Assembly (NCBI GenBank): GCA_963514005.1
Contig: OY740785.1
Location: 51,522,001-51,586,000 of the forward strand
From: Raja brachyura
Lineage: Eukaryota
Direction: 5' to 3'
DNA length: 64,000 nt
In this document: in pieces, positions 13,120 through 26,974 of the stretch
Layout of the letters: each line of letters starts with the position of its first letter
How positions within the stretch are numbered: position 1 is the stretch's first letter
Position numbers and translations under genes: made by a program
The notes under the pieces: generated by a model
What the model was told of the DNA's origin: nothing
The model's input: only the letters and a program-made list of their open reading frames with translations
Databases searched by the model: none

Positions 13120-14060
13120 GTCCCTATTCAAAAGTATATTTAATGCCACTATCTTTCAGGGAACTATGGACTTGGACCATGTGATCCCTCTGTACATTAA
13201 TGCTGTTTAGGGTTTTGCCATTAATTGTATATTTCTCCTTGCATTCGACCTTCCAAAGTACGACACCTCATACTTGCTTGGACTAAAACATGCCATTACC
13301 CTACCCATTTTTGTGGCTGATCTATATTCCTTTGTACACTTTGTCAGCTTTCCTCACAGTTCACGACACCAGCAATCTTGGTGTCATCTGCAAACTTATG
13401 CCCCTGTCCCACTTAGGAAACCTGAACGGAAACCTCTGGAGACTTTGCGCCCCACCCAAGGTTTCCATGCGGTTCCCGGAGGTTTTTGTCAGTCTCCCCA
13501 GTGGTCAAAAGTGTTTTCCGCTTCTTCTATGTTCCGGCGCTTATTTCAAAAAATTCAAAACCGGCCGCGACTAAAAATAGGTTGCCGTTTTAAAAATTGG
13601 TAAATTTTTAGTCGAAGCCGGTTGCGATGCTAGTTGAAGGTGGTTGCCGGAGGTTGCAGGTAGTGGAAGGTAAGACCTCCCTGGTGGAATAAAACTGGGT
13701 GAAAAAAAGGTCTTACCTTCCACTACCTGCAACCTCCGGCAACCACCTTGGGTGGGGCGCAAAGTCTCCAGAGGTTTCCGTTCAGGTTTCCTAAGTGGGA
13801 CAGGGGCATTACTAACCAACCAACCCATCTACATTTATGTCCGAGTCATTTATATATTTCACAAGCAACTAAGATTACAGAATCGGTTCCCTGCAGAACT
13901 CCATTGGTCACAGACCTCCAGCCTGAATATTGTCCTTCCACCACAACTCTGTCTTCTATCAGTAAGTCACTTGTGAATTCATATAAACAAGTCACTCCTG
14001 TGGATCTTGATCTTCTAGATCAGCCTACCATGGGGGATTTTATCAAATGCCTTACTGTGT
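13120..14060 (-). mobile_element. Decayed CR1 RT fragment split by a MITE
   Basis: GGTGTCATCTGCAAACTTA|CTAA (reverse complement encodes SKFADDT) is continuous across the MITE insertion. Confidence 0.7.
13399..13808. mobile_element. PIF/Harbinger-type MITE
   Basis: 64-bp perfect TIRs (13399-13462 and 13745-13808) starting TGCCCCTGTCCCACTTAGG; TTA TSD at 13396-13398 and 13809-13811; internal perfect 42-bp inverted repeat (13637-13678 and 13708-13749). Confidence 0.9.
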
Positions 14061-14744
14061 CAATTCTGGTCACAAATGGAGCTGTTTAGGTCACTACAAC
14101 TTCCCAGATCACAGCCCATAGCATTACAGTAAGTAATCAGCTGAGCAAATTCACATCAGTACATCACCAGCTGGGTGTGTGCTGGTTAGTTATTTTTGTC
14201 TCTATGCGGGCCTTTTATGTGGCTGGCTGCTTTTGCTTCTTAATCCCTGGTGTAACATTCTGGTTATTTCCTTATCTAGCCTGGTCCTTATAAGTTGGCA
14301 ACGTCTTGGAGAAGATTGAAACAAGCTTTCATGTCGAAGCTGACAACACTTTGACTTTGCCTCAATGTTCTCTCCAGGTCATGTAACCCTTATTTGTTTT
14401 TTGTTTCCTGTTTCTACTGCTCTTCTATTCTTTTCCATTTAATTCACGTACCCTGTGCATTTGTAATTAGATTTTGGCAGTGAAAGGAAATTGAGATCCA
14501 ATAGCTCCTTAATCTCATGAACAGTATCCTTCCTTGGACTGACTTGTTAACGGCTGGTGAGTCCAAGGGTCACTTCTCTGTATTCTCCACAAGCACACAG
14601 AGGCTTATAGTAGCTATCAGATCTTTGCTATCCTTTTTGATGTTATTTTGTGGCCGATTCCTTTAAAGACATGACATTGCTGAGAGGTACAGAAGTAACA
14701 TACTGCATTTATACAAGACTTGGTAGAAGGTTTGTTGTGTGAAT

Positions 14745-15640
14745 ATACTTGCCATAAAGGGAAGGATAATTCATGGGATGGCAGGATTGTTGTAGAAGGA
14801 GATATTTAGTCAACTAGGCTAACCTGAGTTTCAAAGAACAAAAGATCTTATTGAAATGTATACAATTCTAATAAGGCTTGACAGGATGATGATTTCCCAA
14901 GACCGATGATTTGGAATCAGAAGTCACAATCTCAAGAATTGTCCAAGTCATTTAAAACAAAGATGACTGGAGATTTGTTCTTTCATGTGAAACTACCTAC
15001 CGCAGACGGCATGGAGCATGAGCCATTGAATATAATTAAGGTGATACATATATTTCGAGAGACAAAGGTTATCAGGGTGTATGAGGAGGGTGTGGGAATT
15101 TGGTATGCAAGTAGAAGACATTGATGTGGCTGCATTCAATTTTGGTCAAGTTAAGCTGGAAAGAGTGCAGAGAAGATATACGAGAATGTTGCCAGGACTT
15201 GAGGGTCTGAGCTACAGGGAGATGTTGGACAGGGAACAACTTTATTCCTTAGAGTGCAGGAGGATGAGGGTGATCTTTTTGATGTGTATATGATCATGAG
15301 AGTAATAGAGACGGGTGAATCCACATAGATCTTTACATAGAGACTTTTACCCAAAGTAGGGGAATAAAAAACTAAAGGACATCAGCTTAAGGTGTGAGGG
15401 GAAAGATTTAATAAGAGGGGCAATGTTTTCGCACAGAGGGTAGAGGGTGTATGGAACAACCTGCCAGAGGAGGTAGTTGAGGCAGGTACTATAACAACAT
15501 TTAAAAGGCATTTAAACAGGTGCCTGGAAATGTTTAGATGGTTATGGGCCAAATACAGGCAGATGGAATGAGAATCAATGAGGGTGTCTTGGTTGGCATG
15601 GACAAGTTGGGCCAAAGAGCCTCGTTCTGTTCTATATGAT
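14745..15640 (+). mobile_element. Two tandem CR1 3' fragments of different ages
   Basis: ORF 15081..15293 contains KLERVQRRYTRMLPGLEGLSYRE; a more decayed copy lies immediately upstream. Confidence 0.75.
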
Positions 15641-16464
15641 TTTAGAGGATCCGCTATAGTTGTATTGAATGGCAGAACAAGTTATAAGGCTTGTATTGCT
15701 TACTCCTGAACCTACTTTACTTTACTATTTTTTTACAATTTGCTTCAAAATAGATTTAAAGGGTAAGTTAGTGAAGCAGGTAGTTTTCCTGGCAGCAAAG
15801 GAAAACTGGTGGAGATTGAGTTGAGAGTGTTTTATTGTCAAATGGCCTGAAACACAATTAAATTCTTACTTGCTGGTGTTTAGATTATATGATTTGTTTG
15901 GTTAAATATGGAGACAGATGCTATCCCCGTGTTTGGCTCAAGGACAAAGGGCACAGATTTATAGTGATGGTGATTAATCCATTAGGAAATTTGCTCAGTT
16001 TAATTATAATCAGAAACTTGCTGCTTGTGAAGGTGTTGGAAAACTGAGGCAGCCAGAACTTTCAAAAGTGAGTTGTGTAGACACATTAGAAAATTAATTT
16101 CTGTATAATTCTTAGAAAGTCATAGAGCTGAATAGTGCTGAAGCAGGCTCTGCAGCCCACCGTGTCCATGCTGACTAAGTTGGCATATTGGGCAAGTCCC
16201 ATTGTGCCTGCACATGGCCCACAGCCTTCCAAGCCCTTGGTGTCCATTTATCTGTCCAAATGTCTTTTAAAAGTCATAATTGTATCTGTTTCTTTAGCTT
16301 CTATGGCAGCTCATACCAGATATGGACTACCCTCCGAGTAGTCATTTTAACGATGGTCGGATTGAAAAACAACATTGCCAGCAAAGGCTGAGTGCCCGAC
16401 TGTTCCCAGTTAGACTGTGTGCCTTGAGACTGCAGATGCTGGAGCAACAAAACAGATTCTGCTC

Positions 16465-16730
16465 TTCTGTTATCAGGCTTCTAAAAACAGACCTTCCATA
16501 AGTTAGGATACAGTCCGATTCTCTTCTACCTCATTGTGTCATTGGATTTTGCCTCTGGAACTGTTGCACCATAATGCTGAGAAGTATATTCAGCATTCTG
16601 TATCTTTTCCTTGGCTTATTGTATTTTAGATTGGCTTGATTGTATTTATATATCGTATATTCTGATTGATTGGATAATATGCAAAAACAAACCTTTTCAC
16701 TGTACCTCGGCACGTGACAATAACAAACCT
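16465..16730 (+). mobile_element. Rex1/Babar-type 3' tail
   Basis: TTTTCACTGTACCTCGGCACGTGACAATAACAAAC matches the reverse-complement tail at ~12265-12300. Confidence 0.6.
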
Positions 16731-17247
16731 CAACCCACAATTTGCTGGAGGAACCATTCTTTTGCATAAATAGTCTTTTGTTTGAATTTGGTAGACTGGT
16801 TTTCAGATGTTGAAAAAAACAAATGGTATAAGAGAGTAGAACAGAAAGTCTCTAGGAAGGCAGAAGAGATTAAATGAAAAAAAGATGCCTGCAAATTGAA
16901 AGTGGGTGGTGACAAGTCACGTTAAGAAACATAGGGTAGGTCTGTGGGAGATATAAATGGGAGAAGCCCAAGTGGAATACGACGAATGCTGGAATTTTGA
17001 AACTAAAATGCTCATTTTCTGAAACATTGCTTGAGGGACACAATGTGACGAGGAGCATCTGTGTGGGGAAACAAATTGTCAATGTTTCTGGTTGAGAGCC
17101 AACATCAGGTCTGTGTGACAATTGAAATAACAAATATCACAAACTTAGTCATAAGGCATTTCATATTTTGTGAATTAGATTTTAGTGAAGGTTAGTCAAG
17201 GTCACTCCTCAAATTGATTTTCATCGGTTGGCAATACCAGCTGCTTA

Positions 17248-18505
17248 CAAGGGCGGATCTACTGTGAAACTAATGAAGCTTAAGCATCAGGGCCCCTAAT
17301 CCCGGAGGGGCCCCAGAAGCATATTATTGTGATTTAAATCCCGCAGCGGGAGAGAGGTGTAAAATAGTCGAGGCACAGATTAGGTGTGAGGTTTAGTTAA
17401 GTTGAGGTGGGGTTAAGGTGTGAGATGAGGTGTGAGGTTTATTTGAGTGGCGAGGTTTAGTGAGGTACGGTTTAGTCCAGGCGAGGTTTAGTTGTGAGGA
17501 GAAGTTTGGCAGTGAGGTATCGAGGCAAGGGGTTTAGTGAGGCGAGGGGATTAGTCGAGGTGTAGGTGAGGGGAAGTAAGCGTAGGTGAGGTGAGGAGAA
17601 GTGGGTGTCTGAGCTCAGGAAGGGAGACCGAGGTGCTGCTGAAGGAGACGAGACCACTGCCTTCTGTGGCAGAGAATTCCACAAATTCACAACTGGGTGA
17701 AAAAGTTTGTTTCTCATCTCAGTGCTAGGCAAAGAGACATTTAAGGTAATATTTTTTGTAAAGATTTTTTTAGCTGTATGAGGCCATTTATTGAAACATA
17801 TAAGATTATTAAGGGTTTGGACACACTAGAGGCAGGAAACATGTTTCCAATGCTGGGAGAGTCCAGAACCAAGGGCCACAGTTTAAGAATAAGGGGTGGA
17901 CCATTTAGAACAGAGACGAGGAAATTCTTTTTCACACAGAGAGTTGTGAATAGACAATAGGTGCAGGAGTAGGCCATTTGACCCTTCAAGCCAGCACTGC
18001 CATTCAATGTGATCATGGCTGATCATCAACAATCAGTACCCCGTACCTGCCTTTTCCCCATATCCCCTGACTCCATTATCTTCAAGAGTGGATTGGCAGT
18101 GGAGGCCGATTCTCTGGAGGCTTTCAAGAGAGAGATAGAGCTCTTAAAGATAGCAGAGTCAAGGGATATGGGGAGATGGCAGAAATGGTGTACTGATTGT
18201 GGATGATCATAAATGTCTATTGTCTATTTCATGAAATGTGTATCATTTGGGGGTTATTTTACTGCTCGTGTGTTAGAACCATTCTAAGCTTCTGTTATGT
18301 AAACCACCAGCAGAAAGCTTGAGAATCACTTTCAACTGATTGAAAATGCAGGAGCTTCAGGGGCACTGCCCCTGGACCCTGGCGGGGGCCTAGCCAGCCT
18401 GTCGTGGAACAACCCCATTGAAGAAGATAACAGTGGTTACCCAGACCCCGTTGCTGGTTACGAGAGGCCCCCATAACAGTTCAAACTTCAGGGCCCCAAA
18501 AACTG
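17248..18505. mobile_element. Probable non-autonomous hAT-like DNA transposon remnant with a purine-rich degenerate tandem repeat (~17380-17600) and nested CR1 3' fragments (17655-18230)
   Basis: Starts CAAGGGCGGATCTAC; CAGGGCCCC motifs near both ends; GAGGTTTAGT repeats. Right TIR and TSD were not recovered. Confidence 0.4.
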
Positions 18506-20749
18506 GGTGCTTAGCAGTAACTCATAATGGTCAAGAAGTTGCAGTGTATGTGAATGGGTACATTAGGGGGTCAGAAGAGCAGCGAATGAGGCTTTGTTAT
18601 GTACGACTGCAGATTTTACTGGTGCCTGAGATCAAAGGAGCTAGGACTGTCAACAAACAGTCAGCTAACAAAATCATGGATTGGGAGGAAGATATCGTGA
18701 TCAGATAAACAGCCTGTGGTGGACAAATGGGTGAAGATAGGGTGTACATTGCGGGCCATAGTCAATTGAGAGAGGGATATCTTTGGGTCGGGTGAAATTG
18801 GATGGGAAGAATAGAGCTTGGAGCCAGATGCCAGTGGAGTTGAGTGTCTCAGAGATAATAGGGCAAGTTTGGAGTCTCCCTTGGAGTGATTTCAATCTTG
18901 TGCTACTCTGTGAAGACTGACTGTTGATGGCCACACTTGAAACAAATTGGTGTAATTTTCTGTGCAATTGTGTCAAAGAATTATGACCAAAGTGAAAATG
19001 TGAATCTTGACCAGTGCCTAATCAAGTTTCAAGAGTGTCTTAGACTTGGAAACAGTTGCCATTTCTTCTCCAGGCAGGCCGGGGGGGGGGGGGGGGGGGG
19101 TACCCACTCGTTTTCAGCGGCACGGTCTGGGGTTTCTACGTTGCCTCATGTAATTCGTGTTGACATTGCTGGGCCTAATTGTGGAATGTCATGGCCATGC
19201 ATCTACATCTGTAAACACATAAGTCGGGATAGCAGATAAAGCATTTGAGGTACAAGGTTGACCTATGCGAAAGGCAAATGATCAAAAAATCATTTTTATA
19301 AGCTGATTAACATATCGGTTGGCGGGAGGTGGAAAGGGGTGCATCAAACACAATATTTAATGAGATGCTGTCTTAATGCTTCATTAATAGAGCTCTGAAT
19401 TCTGTCATTAATTCAAAATTGTGATTACTTACCTATCATTTACCTTTGATCACTGCAAACAGATTGGCTGCAAACTATCATACGCTTTTGATATCATCCA
19501 CCCTCCCTTTCCCAAACATGTTTATACTTCACAACATATTTATATTTGTTATTGTTGTCATGAAGTCCTCTGTGACAGGTTTTGTATTAAGTTGTATAAT
19601 GAGTACAATTAAAGACACATCTGTGCATCATAAATTAACAGTCAGCTTTCTGGTCATCTCGGAACTGCAATATCATCTGCCCAATTGAGAGGGGGAGTGT
19701 GAAAAGCTTTCATTCTGATTAATATTGTGCTCTGCTTTGTGGCCGAGTGACTGTGAACTGCAAAAGTGTTTGCTCTTTTACAGAGAGGTCAGTTTAAATA
19801 AAAGCAAACCAGTTCTGCAGCATTTTATGATTCAACCATGACCATTATTTCAATTCCTATCTGCAAGAAGTGGCTGGCTTGTGTATACAGTTGCACAAAA
19901 CAATGCGCCATAAACATAAATGTGCCTTTTTACCGGAATTAAACAGAAGGCTTGGGTGGGACGCACATTCTTCAAATAGTCATTGCAGTAGTCAGGTTTT
20001 GAAAGATACAGCTGATTAACTGAAACTAAACTGGTTTTACTGCATTTCAAATTGTATAACACAAGCTCTACTTTTAAGTAAAATGAATTTGTGTTCATAT
20101 TCAATTGATCAAGCTTGAAGCAGAAGGGGTCCGAATTTACAACTGTTGTGCCCACTTCATGGATTTAAGATTGCCAACATGGAATACAATCTGCATGGGT
20201 GCTTTAATTCAGTTGGTTAATTCAATTGGGCTCTAACATTAGGCAGCTGGTACCTTGCCAGAAATGAGCACAATCTTATTTCAAAGGTGGGTTAGAGCAC
20301 CTGTGCTTCTCCAGATTCCTTTAGACTTGTAAGTTTCACAAATATGAACCCATGTACATTAAAGAGAACCACATAGATAATGCAACGCTAATGTTCCAAG
20401 GTTACTGGGAATGAGACAAATGTAATTTTGTAGGAAGCTCTGTTTGGATGTGTGACTTGTGCTTGCAGCTTACATGGATCATTTAAAGTCCAAGGTTTAA
20501 TGACCTAAAGCACAAGGTTTGTGCATGCTTTGTATTTGCAAATCCAGGTTTCACAATTCATTATTGATTTTGGTTTGACCCACGTTTTGATTTTTGTTTG
20601 AAATGTTTATACAATTAAATAAATCTCAAGTCACGAAACTAAAAATATTGGAATGTTTTATCAAGTCAGTTAACATCAATGGTGAAAAGTGTGGTTAAGC
20701 TATCTGACAGATGACCTTTGGTCAAGCTGAAACATTAACTACTGAGGTG

Positions 20750-21320
20750 GGAGAGTGGAAGTCCCCCACCTGATGCGCCCCCCCCTCTTACCTCTCCCTC
20801 ACCGAGCTCTTCCACCTACATCCTTTCTCTGGCTTCACATTTCATGCCTCTTCTCTCCTTGCATCATAGCATTTTGTTTTCCTTCTAGCTTTACTCGTTA
20901 TCCACCCATTTGTCAACCCACCCCCTTGCTTATTTCCTCCTCTTGCCTGACTTTATCCAGCCTTAACCTCTTTTCCAGCTTGCTCCCCCATCATACAATC
21001 AGTCTGAAGAAGAGTCCCAAACCGAAACATTGCCTCCACTTTGTGTATTTTGTTTTGTAACCCACTATCTACAGTTCCTTGTGTTTGTTTGTTTTTTCCT
21101 ATTTTTGTTCACCTCATTCAACCTTAGTTTTATCTGCCCATCATCCTCTTCCCCCCTATCTGGTTCCACCTATCACTAGCAACTTCTCTACCCTACCCTT
21201 CCCTACTATTTTCTCATCCCTCTCAGTCCTGGGGCAGGATCTTGTCTTACACCTTGACTTACAACCTTTGCCTCCACAGATGGTGTTCAACCCATTTAAT
21301 TCTTCCACAATTCTGCTTTT
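20750..21320 (+). mobile_element. Decayed Penelope-like 3' UTR/pseudo-LTR fragments
   Basis: Pyrimidine-rich tract followed by CAATCAGTCTGAAGAAGAGTCCCAAACCGAAAC, the layout of 63415-63710 on the opposite strand. Confidence 0.55.
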
Positions 21321-21652
21321 TAATTGAGCAAATAAGTGACTTGCTAAATAATCAATCAATCAATCAATGAACTTTATTTATCCATTAGGAACTTCATTTG
21401 TGCATAACATCAAATAATCATCATATTCTAAATGACAGTTGGAAAATTAGAGTCCCCTGTGTTTAGTTTTTCATTATATACTCTTTAATTATCCAGTGAT
21501 CTGTTTTGGGCAAAATAAATTAATTAAAAATCCTGTGAAGTACAAACCTGTAAAACAACTCAGACACGCATGCAGGTTCACATTCCTGTAATAACATAAT
21601 TTGCATGTGATATATAATGATACTAATAGTTTACTTCACTGCATTCCTACAG

Positions 21653-22081
21653 AGAGACTGCGAGCCCTGCCTTATGTTGGAGTCGAATTTAAGAAATCCT
21701 CCCAAAGCTCCTAAAAGTCTGACAAAAAAACGAATGCTTGTGAATTGGACAGTACATCTTTGAGCCTGAAAGTGCACCAGCAACCAGCTGAACAATCTCT
21801 GAACAATCTTAAGAGGCAAACAGACAATTGAATGTGTTGATGAAAGACAGAAAGTTCAACGTGGAAGGCAGCAACTGAAGTACGGCTGAGTCATAACCAT
21901 TCTCCGATTGGCTTCATGCAAAGTTTCACCAAAGGTACTGGAATTGTTGGAAAATGAAGACTGGGTTAGATCTAAGCAAAATGTTGGACCTCAGCTTCCT
22001 GTCAAAGGAAGAACAACTGGACCTTCAGAAAGTCCTTAAAAGAGATGCTGATCTGAAAAATATTGAAGAAAGGCGCATCAG
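21653..22081 (+). other. Host exon (long 5' UTR plus first coding segment) of a synaptotagmin-like / Rab27 effector gene
   Basis: Branch-point-like TACTAAT (21621), pyrimidine tract and CAG acceptor (AG 21651-21652); donor AG|GTAAAA at 22081/22082. Confidence 0.7.
21954..22081 (+). CDS. First coding exon of a synaptotagmin-like protein (Slp homology / Rab27-binding domain N-terminus), closest from memory to SYTL2/SYTL1; partial
   Basis: Translates MKTGLDLSKMLDLSFLSKEEQLDLQKVLKRDADLKNIEERRI(R), matching the SHD pattern DLSFLxxEE...VLxRDxxLxxxEExR. From the second ATG (21981) it is 101 nt ending in a phase-2 GT donor. In-frame stop upstream at 21894. Too short for the ORF track; paralog not resolvable. 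Confidence 0.88.
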
Positions 22082-24451
22082 GTAAAAAAAACCTAATGGA
22101 TTTATCTTGTCCTTTTTTTAACACATTTCTTTACTCCCTATTACTTTGTGTCTTAGCTGATATTTCAAAGCAAAGATCTCTCTCAGTTTTCAGGTGAATG
22201 GAAGATTTCCTTCACTATAATTCTCTGTTAAGCAGGGTGACAGTGTCTTAGACTATATATAAATCTGCACATACATTCTGTATACATTTACAAAGAGGGT
22301 GTTTCAGATTTGAACCACAAATTATAGATCCTATATCATTCATCGGTGACTCAAGAAACTGTAGATGCTGGAATCTTAAGCAAAACACAGTGCTGGAGCA
22401 TGTGTGGCAGCAATAGACGGGTAATGCTACAGGTCAGGATCCTTCAGGATAATGTATTATCCTGGCAAAGTATCATTTATTTTAAATGGGTATTACCCCA
22501 CCTCCAAATATTTCTACGAAAGCTGTACTTTCTCACCCTTTATGCCAAATGAGCACAGTTGCTGCCAGGTGAGATCAGGCAGTGTGTACAATACCCTGGA
22601 GCAGTGGCAGAAGGTTTAATGACGACACTTTGGATGCAGTGGACTTATTTTCATGCACCTCACCCTCGCTTCAAACCATTTAGAATCTTTACTTTAATTG
22701 CTTTCTGCCAGTTATTGGGATTGAATCATTCTACAAACATCATCATCAAACTGGAGATATACGGGGTACCTTGTCATTCCTGAGGCAGTGTTTTTTTCCC
22801 AACAGTACGACTCCTGCTTTTCATCCTGTTGATGACTGGCATTCATAAAGATCAAAATAAAGGAGGCCATGAGCTTCAACTGAATTATTTCCCATGTTTT
22901 ATAACTCGATGGAGTATAATTTAATGACCCAATTTTGCAGTAGAAATGGCAGTGCAATTTATTAGTTCTAACAGTACTTAAATAGTGAAATTGAGAAAAA
23001 CGTCTGGATTATGTACCATCACAGTTACCTGTGGACACACCAAGGTTTCTGCCACTTAATCTTTGCTCCTCTCTGGTGTATTATCTTATGGCCTTTTCTA
23101 GTGTAACCTTCAATAATTAGTAAACCGAGTATATAGCTGGTTCCAAAATAAATGTCACTTTAAAACTCTATTGAAATGACGTGCTTTGTTACATGGGGAA
23201 TCCAGATTGTTCTTTAGGTTATCATTCAGATGTTTTCAAAGCTAATTTGTAGATAATTTTAAGAAAAATTTAATACAAGAGATCAGAAATTATGTTTTTG
23301 CCTTCTGGTTTATGACTGAAAGATCTTCAATGTGAAGACATCGCTGCAGTGATGCTTTTAAAGTGATTCCTGAATTGCCATTGGGAAAAGAGGGACATTT
23401 TGTCACAGAGAGTGCAAAATCTTTTGTACGCTGGATGTTTTGGAGCAAGTGCCAAAACATTATTTCACTCCTGATTGGTAATGCAATTCGAGCTTAAGCA
23501 GTCAAGTCTGATCTAAGGTCTTCCTGGACATTTGACACCCAAGATAACAAACTTAGTTTGTATTGCAGGTTGTCTGTGTGTGGCTAGTTGATTTGTGTAT
23601 ACTCTATTTAGCCCAAGTTGAACTAAGCAAGAATTGTAATTCAGTTCAAATTGTCCTCATTCAGTCCAAACCAATGGAGGTTTTCAATCCAGTCCTGAGT
23701 GTTTATCGTCAGGACTTATAATGCAATTATATAATTGTGTTTTACAAGCTGATCTGTGCTGCGTTGGCATGTAGTCCTTGGCGAGTTTTGTCGTGGTTGA
23801 GCAATGTTGGCTTTTTAATGAAACTTGAGATATGTGTAATAAAATTGTTTTTGGGTGTATGTTACTTACCAGTTTAGCAGTGCTGACGTGGTACAATGAA
23901 GAGCTTTTGTTGTTCAGGTTCAACTGTGTTACGTTTCCATAGAAAGTATGTGTGCGTGTGTGCATTGTGCAGTCCTGGGTGTGGTCAGCCCAGGCAGGTA
24001 TGTGTATAATTTGTCGGGCATTCCTAGATGTTTACGGCCCAGGTTGTGATGTGCTGTGTTTGTGGGACAGTTCTTGTACATGTGCAGTCCAGGCTGATCT
24101 GCAAATCATTCATTGTCTAGCCATCTGACAATGTGACACAGAATATTTTGTGCTGAGTTTGTAGTCCTGTGTGTGTCGTTTAGATTGGCCTGCGCTTGGT
24201 TTGCGGTACAGTCATGGATATATGTAATCCAGGGTTTGTTAGACTGTGGTGGATGGTATGCATTCAAGGTTGATCCAATGGGGTTTGTAATATGGCGCAG
24301 GGTATATGTGTAGCATAGGCTCGTATTTACTGGCATTGTGTATATATGGACCAGATTGGTAAATGCAGTCTTTGTAGTACATGCCTGTGAATGTTATTCT
24401 GGCTAATAGTTTTGGGGTTTTAAAGGAAAGTGAGTGAGTGTTCATGTTCAT

Positions 24452-26320
24452 CCTCATGATCCCAGGGATCAATCTCGTGAACCTACGCTGCACTCGCCAT
24501 TGCCTGCCATTCTGAAAAGGACCCGTTCACTCCTCCTCTTTGCTTCCGGTCTGCCATCCAATTTTCCATCCATGTCAACACCCTACCCCCAATACCATGC
24601 GATCTAATTTAGTCACCAGTCTCCCGTGCAGGACCTTATCAAAGGCTTTCTGAAAGTCTAGATACACTACATCCACTAGCACCCCTTCATCCATTTTACT
24701 TGTCACATCCTCAAATAAATTCCAGAAGATTAGTCAAGCATGATTTCCCTTTCATAAATCCATGTTGACTTGGACTAATCCTTTTACTGCTATCCAAATG
24801 CCCCATTATTACCTCTTTAATAATTGACTCTAGCATCTTTCCCGCCACCGAAGTCAGGCTAACTGGTCTGTAATTCCCCGTTTTCTCTCTCTTGAAAAGT
24901 GGGATAACATTAGCTATCCTCGAATCCACAGGAACTGATCCTGAATCTATTGAAAATTGGAAAATGATCACCAATGCGTCCACTATTTCTAGAGCCACCT
25001 TCCTGAGGACCCTGGGATGAAGACTATCAGGGGATTTATAATCCTCCAGTCCCATTGGCCTACCCAATACTATTTCTCACCTAATGAAAATTTATTTCAG
25101 TTCCTCTACCCCCCCCCCCCCACCAGATCCTCTGTTCTCCAGTACATCTGGGAGATCGTTTATGTCCTCCTTAGTGAAGACAGATCCAAAGTACCTATTC
25201 TGCCATTTCCTTGTTGCCCATAATAATTTCACCCGTGTCTGCCTTCAAGGGACCCACATTTGACTTTGCTACTCTTTTTCCCTTAACATATCTAAAGAAG
25301 CTTTTACTGTCCTTCTTTATATTCCTTGCCAGCTTCCCCTCGTACTTCATCTTTTCAGCCCGTATTGCCCGTTTTGTTTCCTTCTGTTGTCCTATGAAAG
25401 TTTCCCAATCCTCTGGCTTCTGGTCACTCTTTGCTGTGTTATCCATCTTTTCTTTTAGTTTTATTCTATCCCTAACTTCTCTTGTCAGCCACGGTGGCCT
25501 CCTACTCCCCTTAGAATCTTTCTTCCTTTTTGGAATGAAATGATCCTGCGACTTCCGGATTATGCCCAGATATTCCTGCCATTGCTGTTCCACCGTCATT
25601 CCTGTAAGGATCCCTTTCCAGTCTACTTTGGCCAGCTCCCCTCTCATGCCTTCATAGTCCCCTTTGTTCAACTGCATCACTGCCACTTCCGATTTAACAT
25701 TCTCCTTTTCAATTTGCAGATTAAAAATAATCATATTATGATCACTACCTCCAAGCGGTTCCTTTACCTCGAGTTCTCTTATCGTATCTGGTTCATTAGA
25801 TAACACTAAATCTAGAATTGCCTTTTCTCTGGTCGGCTCCATTACAAGCTGCTCTAAGAATCCATCTCGGAGGCATTCTACAAACTCTCTTTCTTGGGGT
25901 CCTGAACCAACCTGATTTTTCCAGTCTACCTGCATATTGAAATCCCCCATCACCACAGTAGCATTACCTTTGTTACATGCCAGTTTTAACTCCTGCTGCA
26001 ACTTACACCCTACATCCGGGCTGCTATTTGGGGGTCTGTAAATAACACCAATTAGTGTCTTCTTGCCTTTACAATTCCTCAACTCAATCTACAATGACTC
26101 TACCTCATCAGTTCCTATGTCTTCCCTCGCAAGGGACTGAATTCCATCCCTCACCTGCAGAGCTACCCCGCCTCCTCTGCCCACCTGCCTGTCCTTTCTA
26201 TAGGATGTATATCCCTGAATATTAAGTTCCCAGGCCCGATCATCTTGCAGCCACGTCTCAGTAATCCCCACAATGTCATATCTACCAACCTCTAACAGAG
26301 CCTCAAGCTCATCTACTTTA
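24452..26320 (-). mobile_element. CR1 LINE ORF2 fragment (APE endonuclease and RT N-terminus)
   Basis: ORFs 26089..26271 (GITETW), 25195..26082 (YRPP, GDFN, LDLV, SDH) and 24711..25067 (NYRPVSLTS, QHGF, SCLTNL). Confidence 0.93.
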
Positions 26321-26699
26321 CTTCTTGTACTAACATATTGGGACAGTAATGTATATGTATAGTCCAGGATGGTCTGTTAGTTGTGTAGACCATGTTGGTG
26401 TGAGCTTGAAGTATTCTCAGTGAGTGGAATCCAGTTTTTGATCCAAGCTTGTTGTGAAGGTGAGATCTTGCCTTCTGTGCCCTTAAGGTTGGCTGTTGGA
26501 GGCGCTCCTGGGGAACAAGGGCTGAAGAGGGCTGTGCAAAGAGAAGACAATGGTTCATTGGATAACCGGGATGGAGGCGATGGCTGCAATGGGCACTTTG
26601 TAGCCAGGTGCAACTGGCACTGTAAAATGTCGCCAAAATAGCACCTCTTGCATATCGACTAAGTGGGTTTCTCTGTACATTTTTGTCTAACTGGGGGAT

Positions 26700-26900
26700 T
26701 GTGCTCCTATATGGTGATGGACTTCTGTGTTGTATGCAAAATGAGTGTTTCACTGCACCTGAGTATTTGGTGACACCCTGAATCTCCTCTTCTAAGGAAA
26801 TAGAGGTGTTGGTGAGCTGTCTTTGTGATTGCGGCAATGTGCTGAGCCCAGGACAGATCTTCAGAGATAAGCACACCCAGGAACCTGAATCTGTGAACTT
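26700..26900 (-). mobile_element. Rex1/Babar-type fragment
   Basis: ORF 26707..26904(-): FRFLGVLISEDLSW..HI..ITKTAHQHLYFLRR. Confidence 0.75.
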
Positions 26901-26974
26901 TCAATGCAAATTATTCATTCAACAACGGTGGTATCATCAGCAAATAGGAGCTATGTCTGGTCATAGAGGATGGT

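Noticed and set aside
17655-18230. Alternating-orientation CR1 pieces forming a hairpin
   Set aside because: Explained by a short CR1 3' fragment nested in another copy of the same abundant family.
19081-19100. G20 homopolymer (also the long C run at ~43848-43877)
   Set aside because: Simple homopolymers of unreliable length; the poly-Gly ORFs they create are artefacts.
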